Shown piece after piece: positions 50,067 to 59,148 of a DNA stretch of 64,000 bases; within the stretch, counting starts at the first letter, position 1, and every line of letters begins with the position of its first letter. This stretch comes from Candidatus Fermentibacteraceae bacterium (GTDB lineage: Bacteria > Fermentibacterota > Fermentibacteria > Fermentibacterales > JCC-6), in the NCBI GenBank assembly GCA_041750285.1, contig JBGSZS010000019.1:64001-128000 (forward strand), written 5' to 3'. The position numbers and the translations under genes are program-made. The notes beneath the pieces are model-generated. The model ran no database searches, was not told where the DNA came from, and was given only the letters and a program-made list of their open reading frames with translations.

Positions 50067-51215
50067 ATGATCGCGCTTCTTGCGCTTCTCTGCGGGCTTC
50101 CTGAGGTGATGTGGCTGGGGGGATGGAATCCCGCAGGCTCGGCAGCCATGTCCGGCATGGGTGGTGGCCTGTTCATGGACAGGTCGGCGCTGGGCGCTCT
50201 TGAGAACCCCGCCTACGCCGCGCTCTCCGGGAAGAGGGCCGACCTTTCCGGCGTTGTGTTCCACACCAGGGAGTCCAGGACCCGAATGGTCTACGATTCA
50301 TTCGGCGGGGTGGTGGGAGAGTCGGAACAGGCCTTCAACCAGGGCACGGGCATTTTCCCAGGTGCCGCAGCCGGATCATACGGAGGGGAAAACTGGGGCG
50401 TGGCTGCCGGTGTCAGGGCCATTGGAAGCTTTGACTACGACTATTCACGGATCCAGCGTGACGAGGCTTACGTGCAGACCTCGGAAGAAACCCTCGAGAG
50501 CCGCGGGGTGCTCTGGGAACTTGGCGGTTCAGCGGGTTACTGCCCGGTTCCCGGCTGGTGCATAGGCGCGGGAGCCGGGTTCGTGACGGGAAGCAGAACC
50601 GTACGATGGTCAGTAGTGAACGTTGACCCCTCAGTGCCCGACGAATCCTGGGAGGAAGTGGATGATGTCACCGGGGCAGTGATCAGGGCTTCGGGCGACG
50701 GTGTCATCGGAAGGCTGAGACTTGCCGCAGGGATGTCAATGCCGGTGGGATGGTCAACCAGTGATGTCAGCGGGGCCGATACGGGAATCGAGGACGTCAT
50801 CGAGATCAATTGTGGTGTTGGTTACCTTCCGGGCAACAGGCTCAGAAGCGTTTTCAGCGCCGAGGCTAACTGGAGGGACGAGGGAGAACCCGGTCTGAGG
50901 AACACCTGGGGTTTCCGGGGCGGAGTGGAGAGCCATCTTCCGGGCGGACCCATCGCCAGGTTCGGGTTCGACTACAGGACTTCTCCCATTCACAGAGCCC
51001 TCGATACCGTGAGTTTCACCGCCGGGATGGGGTTCGACGTCGACGGGTGGCTTCTCGATGCGGGACTTCGTCTGACCCCCTCGCGGTGGCGGCAATCTCA
51101 GGTACCCGGTCTTCCGGGGTTCCCGCCGGGCGACAGCCTGTCAGTTGAATCCCTTGCCTCGACAATCGTCATCGGGATATCCCGAGAATTCGGGGAGGTT
51201 CCCCTGTGGCGCTGA
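50067..51215 (+). CDS. Outer-membrane protein with FadL/PorV-like N-terminus
   Basis: SAAMSG...ENPA plug-like motif followed by amphipathic beta-strands. Confidence 0.6.
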   Translation: MIALLALLCGLPEVMWLGGWNPAGSAAMSGMGGGLFMDRSALGALENPAYAALSGKRADLSGVVFHTRESRTRMVYDSFGGVVGESEQAFNQGTGIFPGAAAGSYGGENWGVAAGVRAIGSFDYDYSRIQRDEAYVQTSEETLESRGVLWELGGSAGYCPVPGWCIGAGAGFVTGSRTVRWSVVNVDPSVPDESWEEVDDVTGAVIRASGDGVIGRLRLAAGMSMPVGWSTSDVSGADTGIEDVIEINCGVGYLPGNRLRSVFSAEANWRDEGEPGLRNTWGFRGGVESHLPGGPIARFGFDYRTSPIHRALDTVSFTAGMGFDVDGWLLDAGLRLTPSRWRQSQVPGLPGFPPGDSLSVESLASTIVIGISREFGEVPLWR

Positions 51216-52801
51216 TCCGGACCCTCATTCCCATACTGCTGCTGGCCGCCCTGTCCCAAAGCGGTACCGTGTACCTTAACATATTGCATACAAATGATAT
51301 ACATGGCGGAATAGTGGAAAGGGACGCCACATTCCTGAATCCCGATTTTCCACCGGCCGTGGGTGGGGGGGGATGGATCGCATCATTCGTTCTCGAAGCC
51401 CGCAGACACTGCGAAGATGCCGGTGAATTCATGGTTCTGATAGACGCGGGCGATATCTGGCAGGGAACGCCGGTGGGGGGCTTCGACTCCGGCGCATCCG
51501 TCGTTTCGTGGATGAACGCCGTGGGTTACGACATGATGACACCGGGAAACCACGACTTCGACCGGGGAGCCGAAACTGCCCTCAGGAATGCTGCCCTGGC
51601 TGACTTCCCCGTGATCTGCGCCAACTTCGAGACAACTGATGGAACCGTTCCCGACGGGATCACGCCCTTCATCATCAGGGATTTCGGAGGGGTGAGAACG
51701 GCCTTCATCGGTCTGACAACTCCGGACACGCGCTCCCTGGTCGACGAATCCGGTCTCGAGGGGTACACCTTCACCGATGAAGCCAGTTCGCTGGAAAGGT
51801 GCATGGGTGAGGCAAGGGATGCCGGAGCCTCGGTGATCATTCTCGTGTCACACCTCGGGCAGCCTCCGGATCCGGAAGTCTATCTGGAGCGCGTGTTTTC
51901 CGCATGGGACAGGGGCGAAGGGTACACCAAGAGCTTTGCCCTTAACAACGTGGAACTCACCTCCCTTGTCTCCGGGATCGGTGCCGTGATAAGCGGCCAT
52001 ATACATGTCGGTCTGTCCGAGCCATGGGTGAATCCGCTGACACATTCCATCATCGTCCAGGGGTACGGCAACGGAACGGGCATCGGATGGCTCAGATTGT
52101 GGCTTGACTCTGAAACGGGAACGGTGACCGGATTCGACTGCCCGATGGGTGACGAGTACATAACCCTGCTCCACGAGCAGTTCTGGCCCGACCCTTCCGT
52201 CGCCGAACTTGTGGAATCCTTCCGGCAGGTAGCCGAAGCAGGCATGGATGAGGTCGTGGGCGAAGCTCTTGCAGAGATCCCGAGAGGTGCGGCCGAGCAC
52301 CCGCTTGGCAGACTGGTGGCCGACGCGATGAGATGGAGGACCGGCGCGGACGTTGCCCTGATGAACCGTGGAGGCATACGGGCCTCTATTCCCAGGGGTC
52401 CCGTATCGGCAAGAACTGTCTACAACGCATTGCCCTTCGAGGAGGACATCCTTGCCTTCCGGCTGACGGGGGCGGAGTTGCTGGAAATACTGGAGACAGG
52501 CATGCAGGGGCGCCGCAGGGACATGCAGGTCTCCGGCTTCACCTGCGACCGGGACCAGTCCAGGACGGACGGAAGCAAGATCCTCGAACCGAAGGTGAAC
52601 GGTGAACCCCTCGACCCCGACGCTGAGTACACCTTCGTGACCACCGGATACCTGGCCTACGGCAGCGTTGGTTTCGGGATACTCACCGGCTTTGAACCCT
52701 GGCATACCGGATACAATCTCATGGAAACCGTTCTTGAGTATGTTAAAGAGTTCTCGCCCATCGAGCCTGACTACCGGGACAGGGTCAACTGGATTCAATA
52801 G
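51206..52801 (+). CDS. Exported 5'-nucleotidase / UDP-sugar hydrolase family
   Basis: LHTNDIHG, DAGD..QG, GNHDFD, SHLG, SGHIH; C-terminal domain N.GGIRA, LPF, QVSG. Confidence 0.93.
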   Translation: MALIRTLIPILLLAALSQSGTVYLNILHTNDIHGGIVERDATFLNPDFPPAVGGGGWIASFVLEARRHCEDAGEFMVLIDAGDIWQGTPVGGFDSGASVVSWMNAVGYDMMTPGNHDFDRGAETALRNAALADFPVICANFETTDGTVPDGITPFIIRDFGGVRTAFIGLTTPDTRSLVDESGLEGYTFTDEASSLERCMGEARDAGASVIILVSHLGQPPDPEVYLERVFSAWDRGEGYTKSFALNNVELTSLVSGIGAVISGHIHVGLSEPWVNPLTHSIIVQGYGNGTGIGWLRLWLDSETGTVTGFDCPMGDEYITLLHEQFWPDPSVAELVESFRQVAEAGMDEVVGEALAEIPRGAAEHPLGRLVADAMRWRTGADVALMNRGGIRASIPRGPVSARTVYNALPFEEDILAFRLTGAELLEILETGMQGRRRDMQVSGFTCDRDQSRTDGSKILEPKVNGEPLDPDAEYTFVTTGYLAYGSVGFGILTGFEPWHTGYNLMETVLEYVKEFSPIEPDYRDRVNWIQ

Positions 52802-52813
52802 GAAGGGCGGCCT

Positions 52814-54184
52814 TTGATCAGAACAGCGGTTTTGGGCGCCGGCCTCGCGGGCTTGAGCGCGGCGGATGCCCTTGCCTCCAGGGGAGTGCCCGTCACTGTT
52901 CTTGAGAAGAAACGCCATGTGGGAGGGCTCTCGGCAACATTCTCAAGGGGAGCCTTCTCCTTCGATTTCGGACCTCACAGGTTTCACACGATGAACGCGC
53001 AACTTCTGGGTTTCGTCAGAGACCTTCTGGGAGACGACCTGCTCACCCTCGAACGGCGCAGCAGGATCCGGCTGCTCGACAGGTACTTCGATTACCCCCT
53101 CGCCCTCGGGAACGTTCTCTCGTCGATGCCCCCCGCAAGCGGACTCGCCATGATGTCGGGCTTTGTGGCAGAGAAGGTTCGAAGCCTTTTCAAACCCAGG
53201 GAGCAGGCCAGTTTCGAGGGGTGGGTCCTGAGCCGTTTCGGCAGGCCCCTTTACGACATGTACTTCTCACCCTACAACAGGAAGCTCTGGGGGCTCGAAC
53301 CATCGGAACTGAGCGCCGACTGGGCAAGCCAGAGGATCACCGTGCCCAGCCTCTCGGGCCTTGTGAGGGAGACATTCTTTCCCTCTGGAAAGGTGAGAAG
53401 TCTGGCCGGGGAGTTTCACTATCCCAGGGGGGGTATCGGAAGGATCGCCACCGCCCTGGAGCAGAGAACAAGGAACTCGGGCGGACGGATCCTTTTCGCC
53501 GCAGCTCCCGAAAGCATAGTCAGGGCAGGGAACCGGTGGCAGATAACCTCACGGGGAGAGAGCATTCTCGTTGACCGGCTTATAAACACGATTCCCCTGA
53601 GCGAATTCGCCGCCCTTCTCGGTCCGCTTCTGCCCGACAACGTTCATGCTGCCGCAGGGAACCTCTCATTCAGGTCGCTCGTGTTCCTGACCGTCCTTCT
53701 GAACGGGGATACGGAGGCGAAGGACCACTGGATATACACTTCGGAGGACAGATACATGTTCAACAGGCTGTCACTCACCCGCAGTTTCGATCCGGCGATG
53801 CCCTCACAGGCCGTGTTCGAGTTCAGTTGCGACAGGGGGGACAGGGTTTGGAATGCGGGCAGGGGAGAACTTCTGGAAAACGCTCTCGAAGGGGCGCAGC
53901 ATCTCGGCCTATTCTCCCGGGAAATGGTGCTCGACAGCGCAGCGGTGCGGCAGGAACACGCCTATCCCGTCTACCGGCTTGGTTACCGTCATGAGGCGGG
54001 GACCGTTCTCGACGGCATCAAATCCCTCGGCGGGATAGTAAGCTGCGGGAGGCAGGGGCTTTTTCGGTACAACAACATGGACCATTCCATCGAGATGGGC
54101 CAGTGCGCAGCCCTCGAAGTGCTGGGCGAAGGCAGTGTCGAAGAACGGTTCCACTGGGGAGAAGGCACCTGGGCGGATGGATAG
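52814..54184 (+). CDS. FAD-dependent oxidoreductase (protoporphyrinogen oxidase / UDP-galactopyranose mutase-like)
   Basis: GAGLAG, VGGL, FDFGPHRF, YPRGG, AYPVY, GRQG.FRYNNMDHS. Confidence 0.85.
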   Translation: MIRTAVLGAGLAGLSAADALASRGVPVTVLEKKRHVGGLSATFSRGAFSFDFGPHRFHTMNAQLLGFVRDLLGDDLLTLERRSRIRLLDRYFDYPLALGNVLSSMPPASGLAMMSGFVAEKVRSLFKPREQASFEGWVLSRFGRPLYDMYFSPYNRKLWGLEPSELSADWASQRITVPSLSGLVRETFFPSGKVRSLAGEFHYPRGGIGRIATALEQRTRNSGGRILFAAAPESIVRAGNRWQITSRGESILVDRLINTIPLSEFAALLGPLLPDNVHAAAGNLSFRSLVFLTVLLNGDTEAKDHWIYTSEDRYMFNRLSLTRSFDPAMPSQAVFEFSCDRGDRVWNAGRGELLENALEGAQHLGLFSREMVLDSAAVRQEHAYPVYRLGYRHEAGTVLDGIKSLGGIVSCGRQGLFRYNNMDHSIEMGQCAALEVLGEGSVEERFHWGEGTWADG

Positions 54185-54575
54185 GCTTCGCCGCGCCGCT
54201 TCCGCCGTCCTGCTCGTCCTGTCACTGACCTACGTCCTGGGAGCCATCCTGGATCCCCCCTTCCTGAAACCCCTGATGAAGGTTTCCTGCCATCGCCTGT
54301 CGCACAGGAGCTTTCACTTCCCCTGGGGCATGGGCGGGCAGTGCGCCCGTTGCACGGGTTTCTGGCTGGCCGTGTTCGTCTCGTCAGGCATCCTCTTTCT
54401 CAGGCGTATTGCGGGAACCGTCCGGACCGGTCTTCTGCTTCTGGCGCCAATGCTTGTGGACGGTACGATCCAGTTCTTCGGCTTTCACGAAAGCACCAAT
54501 CCGGTCCGTCTGCTGACCGGAGCCGCCGCCGGACTGGGACTGATCATTCTTCTGGGCAGGGCGGTCGACGGCTGA
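54177..54575 (+). CDS. DUF2085-like membrane protein
   Basis: CH....RSF, CARCTG, P.LVDG..Q, ESTN..RLLTG. Confidence 0.8.
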   Translation: MDRLRRAASAVLLVLSLTYVLGAILDPPFLKPLMKVSCHRLSHRSFHFPWGMGGQCARCTGFWLAVFVSSGILFLRRIAGTVRTGLLLLAPMLVDGTIQFFGFHESTNPVRLLTGAAAGLGLIILLGRAVDG

Positions 54576-54736
54576 CCAGACTCAAACCCTTTGGCGGCTT
54601 GACAAAAGGGCCTGCAACAAAGAGATTTGGACGGCCGGCCCAAACGGCCGGTTTTCTCAAATCTCCGGGAGAGGCCGAGCCTTCGGCTCGCTGTTGCTCT
54701 TCCGCAAGAACACTCACCGCTTGCGGAAAGGACACC

Positions 54737-56062
54737 ATGAACAGAAAACGAACACTGATCCTCGGCGCCGCCGGGAGGGACTTCCACAACTTCAACACGC
54801 TGTTTCGGAACGACGGGACACACGAAGTGGTTGCGTTCACGGCCACACAGATACCCGACATCGACGGCAGGAAGTATCCGGCCGAACTCGCCGGCGACCT
54901 TTACCCCATGGGTATTCCCATTCTCGACGAATCCGAGCTCGAGAACATCATCCGCACGCAGGCGATCGAGCTGTGCGTCCTTTCATACAGCGACCTCAGC
55001 GACAGCACCGTGATGGCCCTGGTCAGCAGGGTGAACGCCGCAGGCGCGGATCTGACCATGATCGGCGCCGAAAGAACCATGGTGAGAAGCACCAAGCCGG
55101 TCATCGCGGTATGCGCGGTGAGAACGGGCTGCGGCAAGAGCCAGACTACCCGCAGGGTCATCGAGGTTCTTCAAGCAGCCGGGAAAAGGGTCGTTGCGGT
55201 AAGGCACCCCATGCCCTACGGTGACCTGGTGAAACAGCGGGTCCAGCGCTTCCAGAGCATTGAAGACCTCAAGATGCACAACTGCACGATCGAGGAGATG
55301 GAGGAGTACGAGCCCCATATCCACCGCGGCACGATAGTCTATGCCGGCGTCGACTACGAGGCGATCCTGCGCGAGGCTGAGAAGGAAGCCGATGTCATCC
55401 TCTGGGATGGCGGCAACAACGACACTTCCTTCTTCAAGCCGGATCTGACGATCACAGTGGTTGATCCCCACCGTCCGGGCCACGAGATAAGCTACTACCC
55501 CGGCCAGACCAACCTGAGGCTCGCCGACGTCGTTGTGATCAACAAGATCGACAGCGCCTACCCGGAGGATGTCGACGAGGTCAGAGGGAACGTTCGCCGC
55601 GTGAACCCCTCCGCCCGCATCATCGAAGCCGCGAGCCCTGTGAGCGTCGACAAACCCGACCTGATCACCGGTCTCAGGGTTCTCGTAATCGAGGATGGCC
55701 CCACTCTCACACACGGTGAGATGGAGTTCGGCGCGGGCTACGTGGCCGCCGAGAAGTACGGCGCCAGCGAGATGGTAAACCCGATCCCGTACGCCGTCGG
55801 ATCGATCCGCAGCACTTTCGACAAGTACTACCCCGGCGAGGAGGAAGCTTCGGTCCTTCCTGCCATGGGCTACGGCGACGCCCAGATGCGGGATCTGGAG
55901 AAGACCATCAACGGCACTGACTGCGATTCGGTGGTCATCGCCACTCCAATCGACCTGGGCAGGGTGATCAGGATCAGCAAGCCTTCAGTCAGGGTGGGCT
56001 ATGACCTTCAGGAAATCGGGCTGCCGAACATCCCAATGGTTCTCAAGCCCTTTACGGAGTAA
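54737..56062 (+). CDS. COG2403 P-loop NTPase (cyclic 2,3-diphosphoglycerate synthetase-like; probable arginine synthetase ArcE type)
   Basis: ILGAAGRDFHNFN, FTATQIPDI, AVRTGCGKS, RHPMPYG, EEYEPH, WDGGNND, EDGPTLTHG, LPAMGY. Confidence 0.85.
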   Translation: MNRKRTLILGAAGRDFHNFNTLFRNDGTHEVVAFTATQIPDIDGRKYPAELAGDLYPMGIPILDESELENIIRTQAIELCVLSYSDLSDSTVMALVSRVNAAGADLTMIGAERTMVRSTKPVIAVCAVRTGCGKSQTTRRVIEVLQAAGKRVVAVRHPMPYGDLVKQRVQRFQSIEDLKMHNCTIEEMEEYEPHIHRGTIVYAGVDYEAILREAEKEADVILWDGGNNDTSFFKPDLTITVVDPHRPGHEISYYPGQTNLRLADVVVINKIDSAYPEDVDEVRGNVRRVNPSARIIEAASPVSVDKPDLITGLRVLVIEDGPTLTHGEMEFGAGYVAAEKYGASEMVNPIPYAVGSIRSTFDKYYPGEEEASVLPAMGYGDAQMRDLEKTINGTDCDSVVIATPIDLGRVIRISKPSVRVGYDLQEIGLPNIPMVLKPFTE

Positions 56063-56090
56063 ACCGCGGTACGCGGAGGCGAATAACGAC

Positions 56091-56112
56091 GAGGCAGGGT
56101 TCGCCCTGCCTC
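56091..56112 (+). other. Perfect 9-bp hairpin with TTCG loop and no U-tract
   Basis: gaggcaggg-ttcg-ccctgcctc. Confidence 0.8.
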
Positions 56113-56140
56113 AACCTGCATGAACCGGAGGTGCGGACCC

Positions 56141-56443
56141 ATGTCCGACAAGCCCGAAGCCGGGCGGAACGCCAAGCTGGAGAAGGCGCAGTTTCCGGAA
56201 CCCGAGACCACATCCGTGCACATCTTCCCGGAGTGGTGCAAGGGATGTGGAATCTGTGTGGCCTTCTGCCCGAAACAGGTTCTTGAGATGGGCAAGGATC
56301 AGAAGGCCCATGTGGCTCATCCAGAAAAGTGCATCAGGTGCTATCTGTGCGCCAGGAGATGCCCCGATTTCGCCGTTTCGGTCTACGGACACACCCGTAA
56401 GGCTGAAGACAGAAGCAATGAGGGAAGGGACGGTGAGAAATGA
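56141..56443 (+). CDS. 2x[4Fe-4S] ferredoxin, delta subunit of 2-oxoacid:ferredoxin oxidoreductase
   Basis: CKGCGICVAFCP and CIRCYLCARRCPDFA. Confidence 0.92.
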   Translation: MSDKPEAGRNAKLEKAQFPEPETTSVHIFPEWCKGCGICVAFCPKQVLEMGKDQKAHVAHPEKCIRCYLCARRCPDFAVSVYGHTRKAEDRSNEGRDGEK

Positions 56444-57585
56444 GCGGAGTCCCCTGGGGCGAAACCAGGCTTGTGCAGGGTAACGAAGCCGTCGCGCTCG
56501 GCGCCCTTGCAGCGGGGATAGACTTTTTTGCCGGATACCCGATCACACCCTCCACCGAGGTCGCGGAGATCCTCGCCAGGGAGATGCCCCTGACCGGCGG
56601 CAAATGGATCCAGATGGAGGATGAGATAGCGAGCGTAAGCGCCATCATCGGAGCGAGTCTCGCCGGCGCCAGGGTCATGACGGCCACCAGCGGTCCCGGA
56701 TTCAGCCTGATGCAGGAGGGGCTCGGTTACGCATGCATGACCGAAGTGCCCATAGTCATCGTGGATGTCATGAGGGCCGGACCCTCCACGGGTCTTCCCA
56801 CCCAGGTGAGCCAGGGCGATGTGATGCAGGCCCGCTGGGGGACCCACGGCGACCATCCGGTAATCGCCCTTGCTCCCTGCTCGGTGGCTGAGTGCTTCAA
56901 CCTCTCGATCAGGGCCTTCAACCTGGCGGAGAGCTTCAGAACACCCGTGATCCTTCTCCCCGACGAGATCATCGGCCACATGAGGGAAAGGTTCACCTTC
57001 CCGAAGAAGGATGAGGTCGATATCCTCCCCCTCTCCGAGCCCGATGTTCCAGTCGAGTGGTACGAGCACTATCACCAGACCGCTTCAGGCGTGAGCCCGA
57101 TGGCCCGTTTCGGCAGGGGTTACCGCTTCCACGTGACCGGGCTCACCCACGATGTCCACGGATTCCCCACCAGGCGCATCGACGAGGTGGTCCCCAAGAT
57201 GAACCGTCTGAAACAGAAGATCACAAGAAGGCTCGATGATCTTGAACTGAACGAAATCCACGGCGTCGAGGAGAGCAGGGTCGTCGTTTTCGCCTACGGA
57301 TCGGTTTTCCGAAGCGCCATGGCCGCCCGCGACATCCTTGCGAAGAAGAAGAAGAAGATAGGGGTCTTCAGACCCGTCACCATCTGGCCCTTCCCGGACA
57401 GGACCGTGAAGGAGAAGCTGGACAACAAGGATGTCATCGTGGTCTGCGAGTTGAACCAGGGGCAGCTCATCCACGAGGTTGAGAGGCTCACCTCCGACAG
57501 TGTCAGGGTTGTGCCCATGCAGCGCTACGACGGTTACGGAATCACCCCCGAGCAGATCGTCTCGAAGGTCATGGAGGTGTCGTGA
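56440..57585 (+). CDS. korA: 2-oxoacid:ferredoxin oxidoreductase alpha subunit (KorA/OorA-like)
   Basis: GYPITPSTE, QMEDE, TATSGPGFSLM, RAGPSTGLPT. Confidence 0.9.
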   Translation: MSGVPWGETRLVQGNEAVALGALAAGIDFFAGYPITPSTEVAEILAREMPLTGGKWIQMEDEIASVSAIIGASLAGARVMTATSGPGFSLMQEGLGYACMTEVPIVIVDVMRAGPSTGLPTQVSQGDVMQARWGTHGDHPVIALAPCSVAECFNLSIRAFNLAESFRTPVILLPDEIIGHMRERFTFPKKDEVDILPLSEPDVPVEWYEHYHQTASGVSPMARFGRGYRFHVTGLTHDVHGFPTRRIDEVVPKMNRLKQKITRRLDDLELNEIHGVEESRVVVFAYGSVFRSAMAARDILAKKKKKIGVFRPVTIWPFPDRTVKEKLDNKDVIVVCELNQGQLIHEVERLTSDSVRVVPMQRYDGYGITPEQIVSKVMEVS

Positions 57586-58427
57586 TGGCTGCGCATCTGC
57601 CCTACGAGTACATATACCTCAGGTACAAGAAGAAATTTCCCCACGTGTGGTGCCCCGGTTGCGGTATCGGGATAGTCATGGGCTCGATAATCAGGGCCGT
57701 AGACACCATGAACTGGGACATGAACGACATTCTTCTGGTCTCGGGCATAGGGTGCACCAGCAGAATGCCGGTCTACCTCGATTTCAACACCCTTCACACA
57801 ACTCACGGAAGGGCTCTTGCCTTCGGAACCGGCGCCAAGCTTGCCAATCCCGCCCTGAAAGTCATTGCGGTGATGGGCGACGGCGATGCCCTTGCCATAG
57901 GTGGCAACCACCTCATCCACTCAGCCAGGCGCAACATCGAGATCACGACCATCATAGTCAACAACAGCAACTACGGGATGACAGGGGGGCAGTTTTCCCC
58001 GACCACACCGGCCGGAGCGTTTACGGCAACCACACCCTACGGGATGATGGAGCCGGGCTTCGACATATGCTCGCTGGCCCAGGGCGCGGGGGCAGTGTAT
58101 GTGGCAAGAGGCACCGTCTACCATGTCATGGAACTTGACAAGCTCATTGCCGGTGCTCTCGAGAAACCCGGTTTCAGCGTCGTGGAAGTGCTTGCGCCGT
58201 GCCCCACGAACTTCGGAAGGGCCAATCGTCTCGGTGATGCCGTGAAGATGATGGAGAGCCTTCGCGACGGCACCATCACCCAGGCGCAGGCGGAGAAGCT
58301 CCCCGCCGGGGAAAGGGAGGGCAAGACGGTGAGAGGCGTTTTCGTGGACCGCGAGGATCACGAAGGGTACTCCGCCCGTTACGCACGGCTCTGCGAACAG
58401 GCCATCGGGGGGGTGAGCGGGAAATGA
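57582..58427 (+). CDS. korB: 2-oxoacid:ferredoxin oxidoreductase beta (TPP-binding) subunit
   Basis: WCPGCG, SGIGC, GDGD...IGGNH, YGMTGGQ.SPT. Confidence 0.9.
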   Translation: MMAAHLPYEYIYLRYKKKFPHVWCPGCGIGIVMGSIIRAVDTMNWDMNDILLVSGIGCTSRMPVYLDFNTLHTTHGRALAFGTGAKLANPALKVIAVMGDGDALAIGGNHLIHSARRNIEITTIIVNNSNYGMTGGQFSPTTPAGAFTATTPYGMMEPGFDICSLAQGAGAVYVARGTVYHVMELDKLIAGALEKPGFSVVEVLAPCPTNFGRANRLGDAVKMMESLRDGTITQAQAEKLPAGEREGKTVRGVFVDREDHEGYSARYARLCEQAIGGVSGK

Positions 58428-59038
58428 GGTACACCGAGACAAGGCTCTCTGGGTCAGGTGGCCAGGGGCTTGGCCTTGCAGGAAGGATCCTTTCCCAGGC
58501 CGCCATCCTCGAGGGGATGTACGTATGCCAGACCCAGAGTTACGGCCCCGAAGCCAGGGGTGGCGCCAGCCGTACCGATGTTATCATCTCCGTGAAGGAG
58601 ATACTCTACCCCGAGTGCCGTGAGCTTGATGTCCTGCTCGCCATGAACCAGGCCAGCACCGACAGGTTCTCGTGCAATGTGAAGGCGGGCGGGATGATCA
58701 TCGTGGATTCAACATTCGTTGATCAGCTTCCCGAGGGCAGGGTGTACGAGTTTCCCTTTACCTCGAGGTGCATCGAACTCACCGGAAACTCGATCGCTGC
58801 CAACCTGATGGCCCTGGGCATGCTGGCGGGTCTCACCCGGTACTTCGCCCTGGAGACCTGGACGAGCGCGATCAAGTGCACCGTTCCATCCCGTTTTACG
58901 GACATGAACCTCCAGACCTTCGAGTTCGGCCACAAGGTCGGGAGGGAGGTCCTTCACATGGAGGAGGGCAGGATTCCCATGGCGTGGGACAGGAAAATGC
59001 CCGTCCCTAAAGCCATACGCGACAAGTTCACAAGATAG
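58424..59038 (+). CDS. korC: 2-oxoacid:ferredoxin oxidoreductase gamma subunit
   Basis: GSGGQG, QSYGPEARGG, ANLMALG. Confidence 0.88.
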   Translation: MRYTETRLSGSGGQGLGLAGRILSQAAILEGMYVCQTQSYGPEARGGASRTDVIISVKEILYPECRELDVLLAMNQASTDRFSCNVKAGGMIIVDSTFVDQLPEGRVYEFPFTSRCIELTGNSIAANLMALGMLAGLTRYFALETWTSAIKCTVPSRFTDMNLQTFEFGHKVGREVLHMEEGRIPMAWDRKMPVPKAIRDKFTR

Positions 59039-59067
59039 GCGCGCAGGGCCGGCAACCGGTGAGTGAT

Positions 59068-59096
59068 TTGCGTTATCGGAGGGCGTTTTGTATAAT
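59068..59096 (+). promoter_or_regulatory. Sigma70-type promoter of the OmpA-family gene
   Basis: TTGCGT (59068-59073), N17, TATAAT (59091-59096); AAGGAGG RBS downstream. Confidence 0.75.
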
Positions 59097-59148
59097 CCAT
59101 TCGCGCAGTTGCAGTTTTCAGCAGCGCTTTCATCACAAGGAGGGGTGT

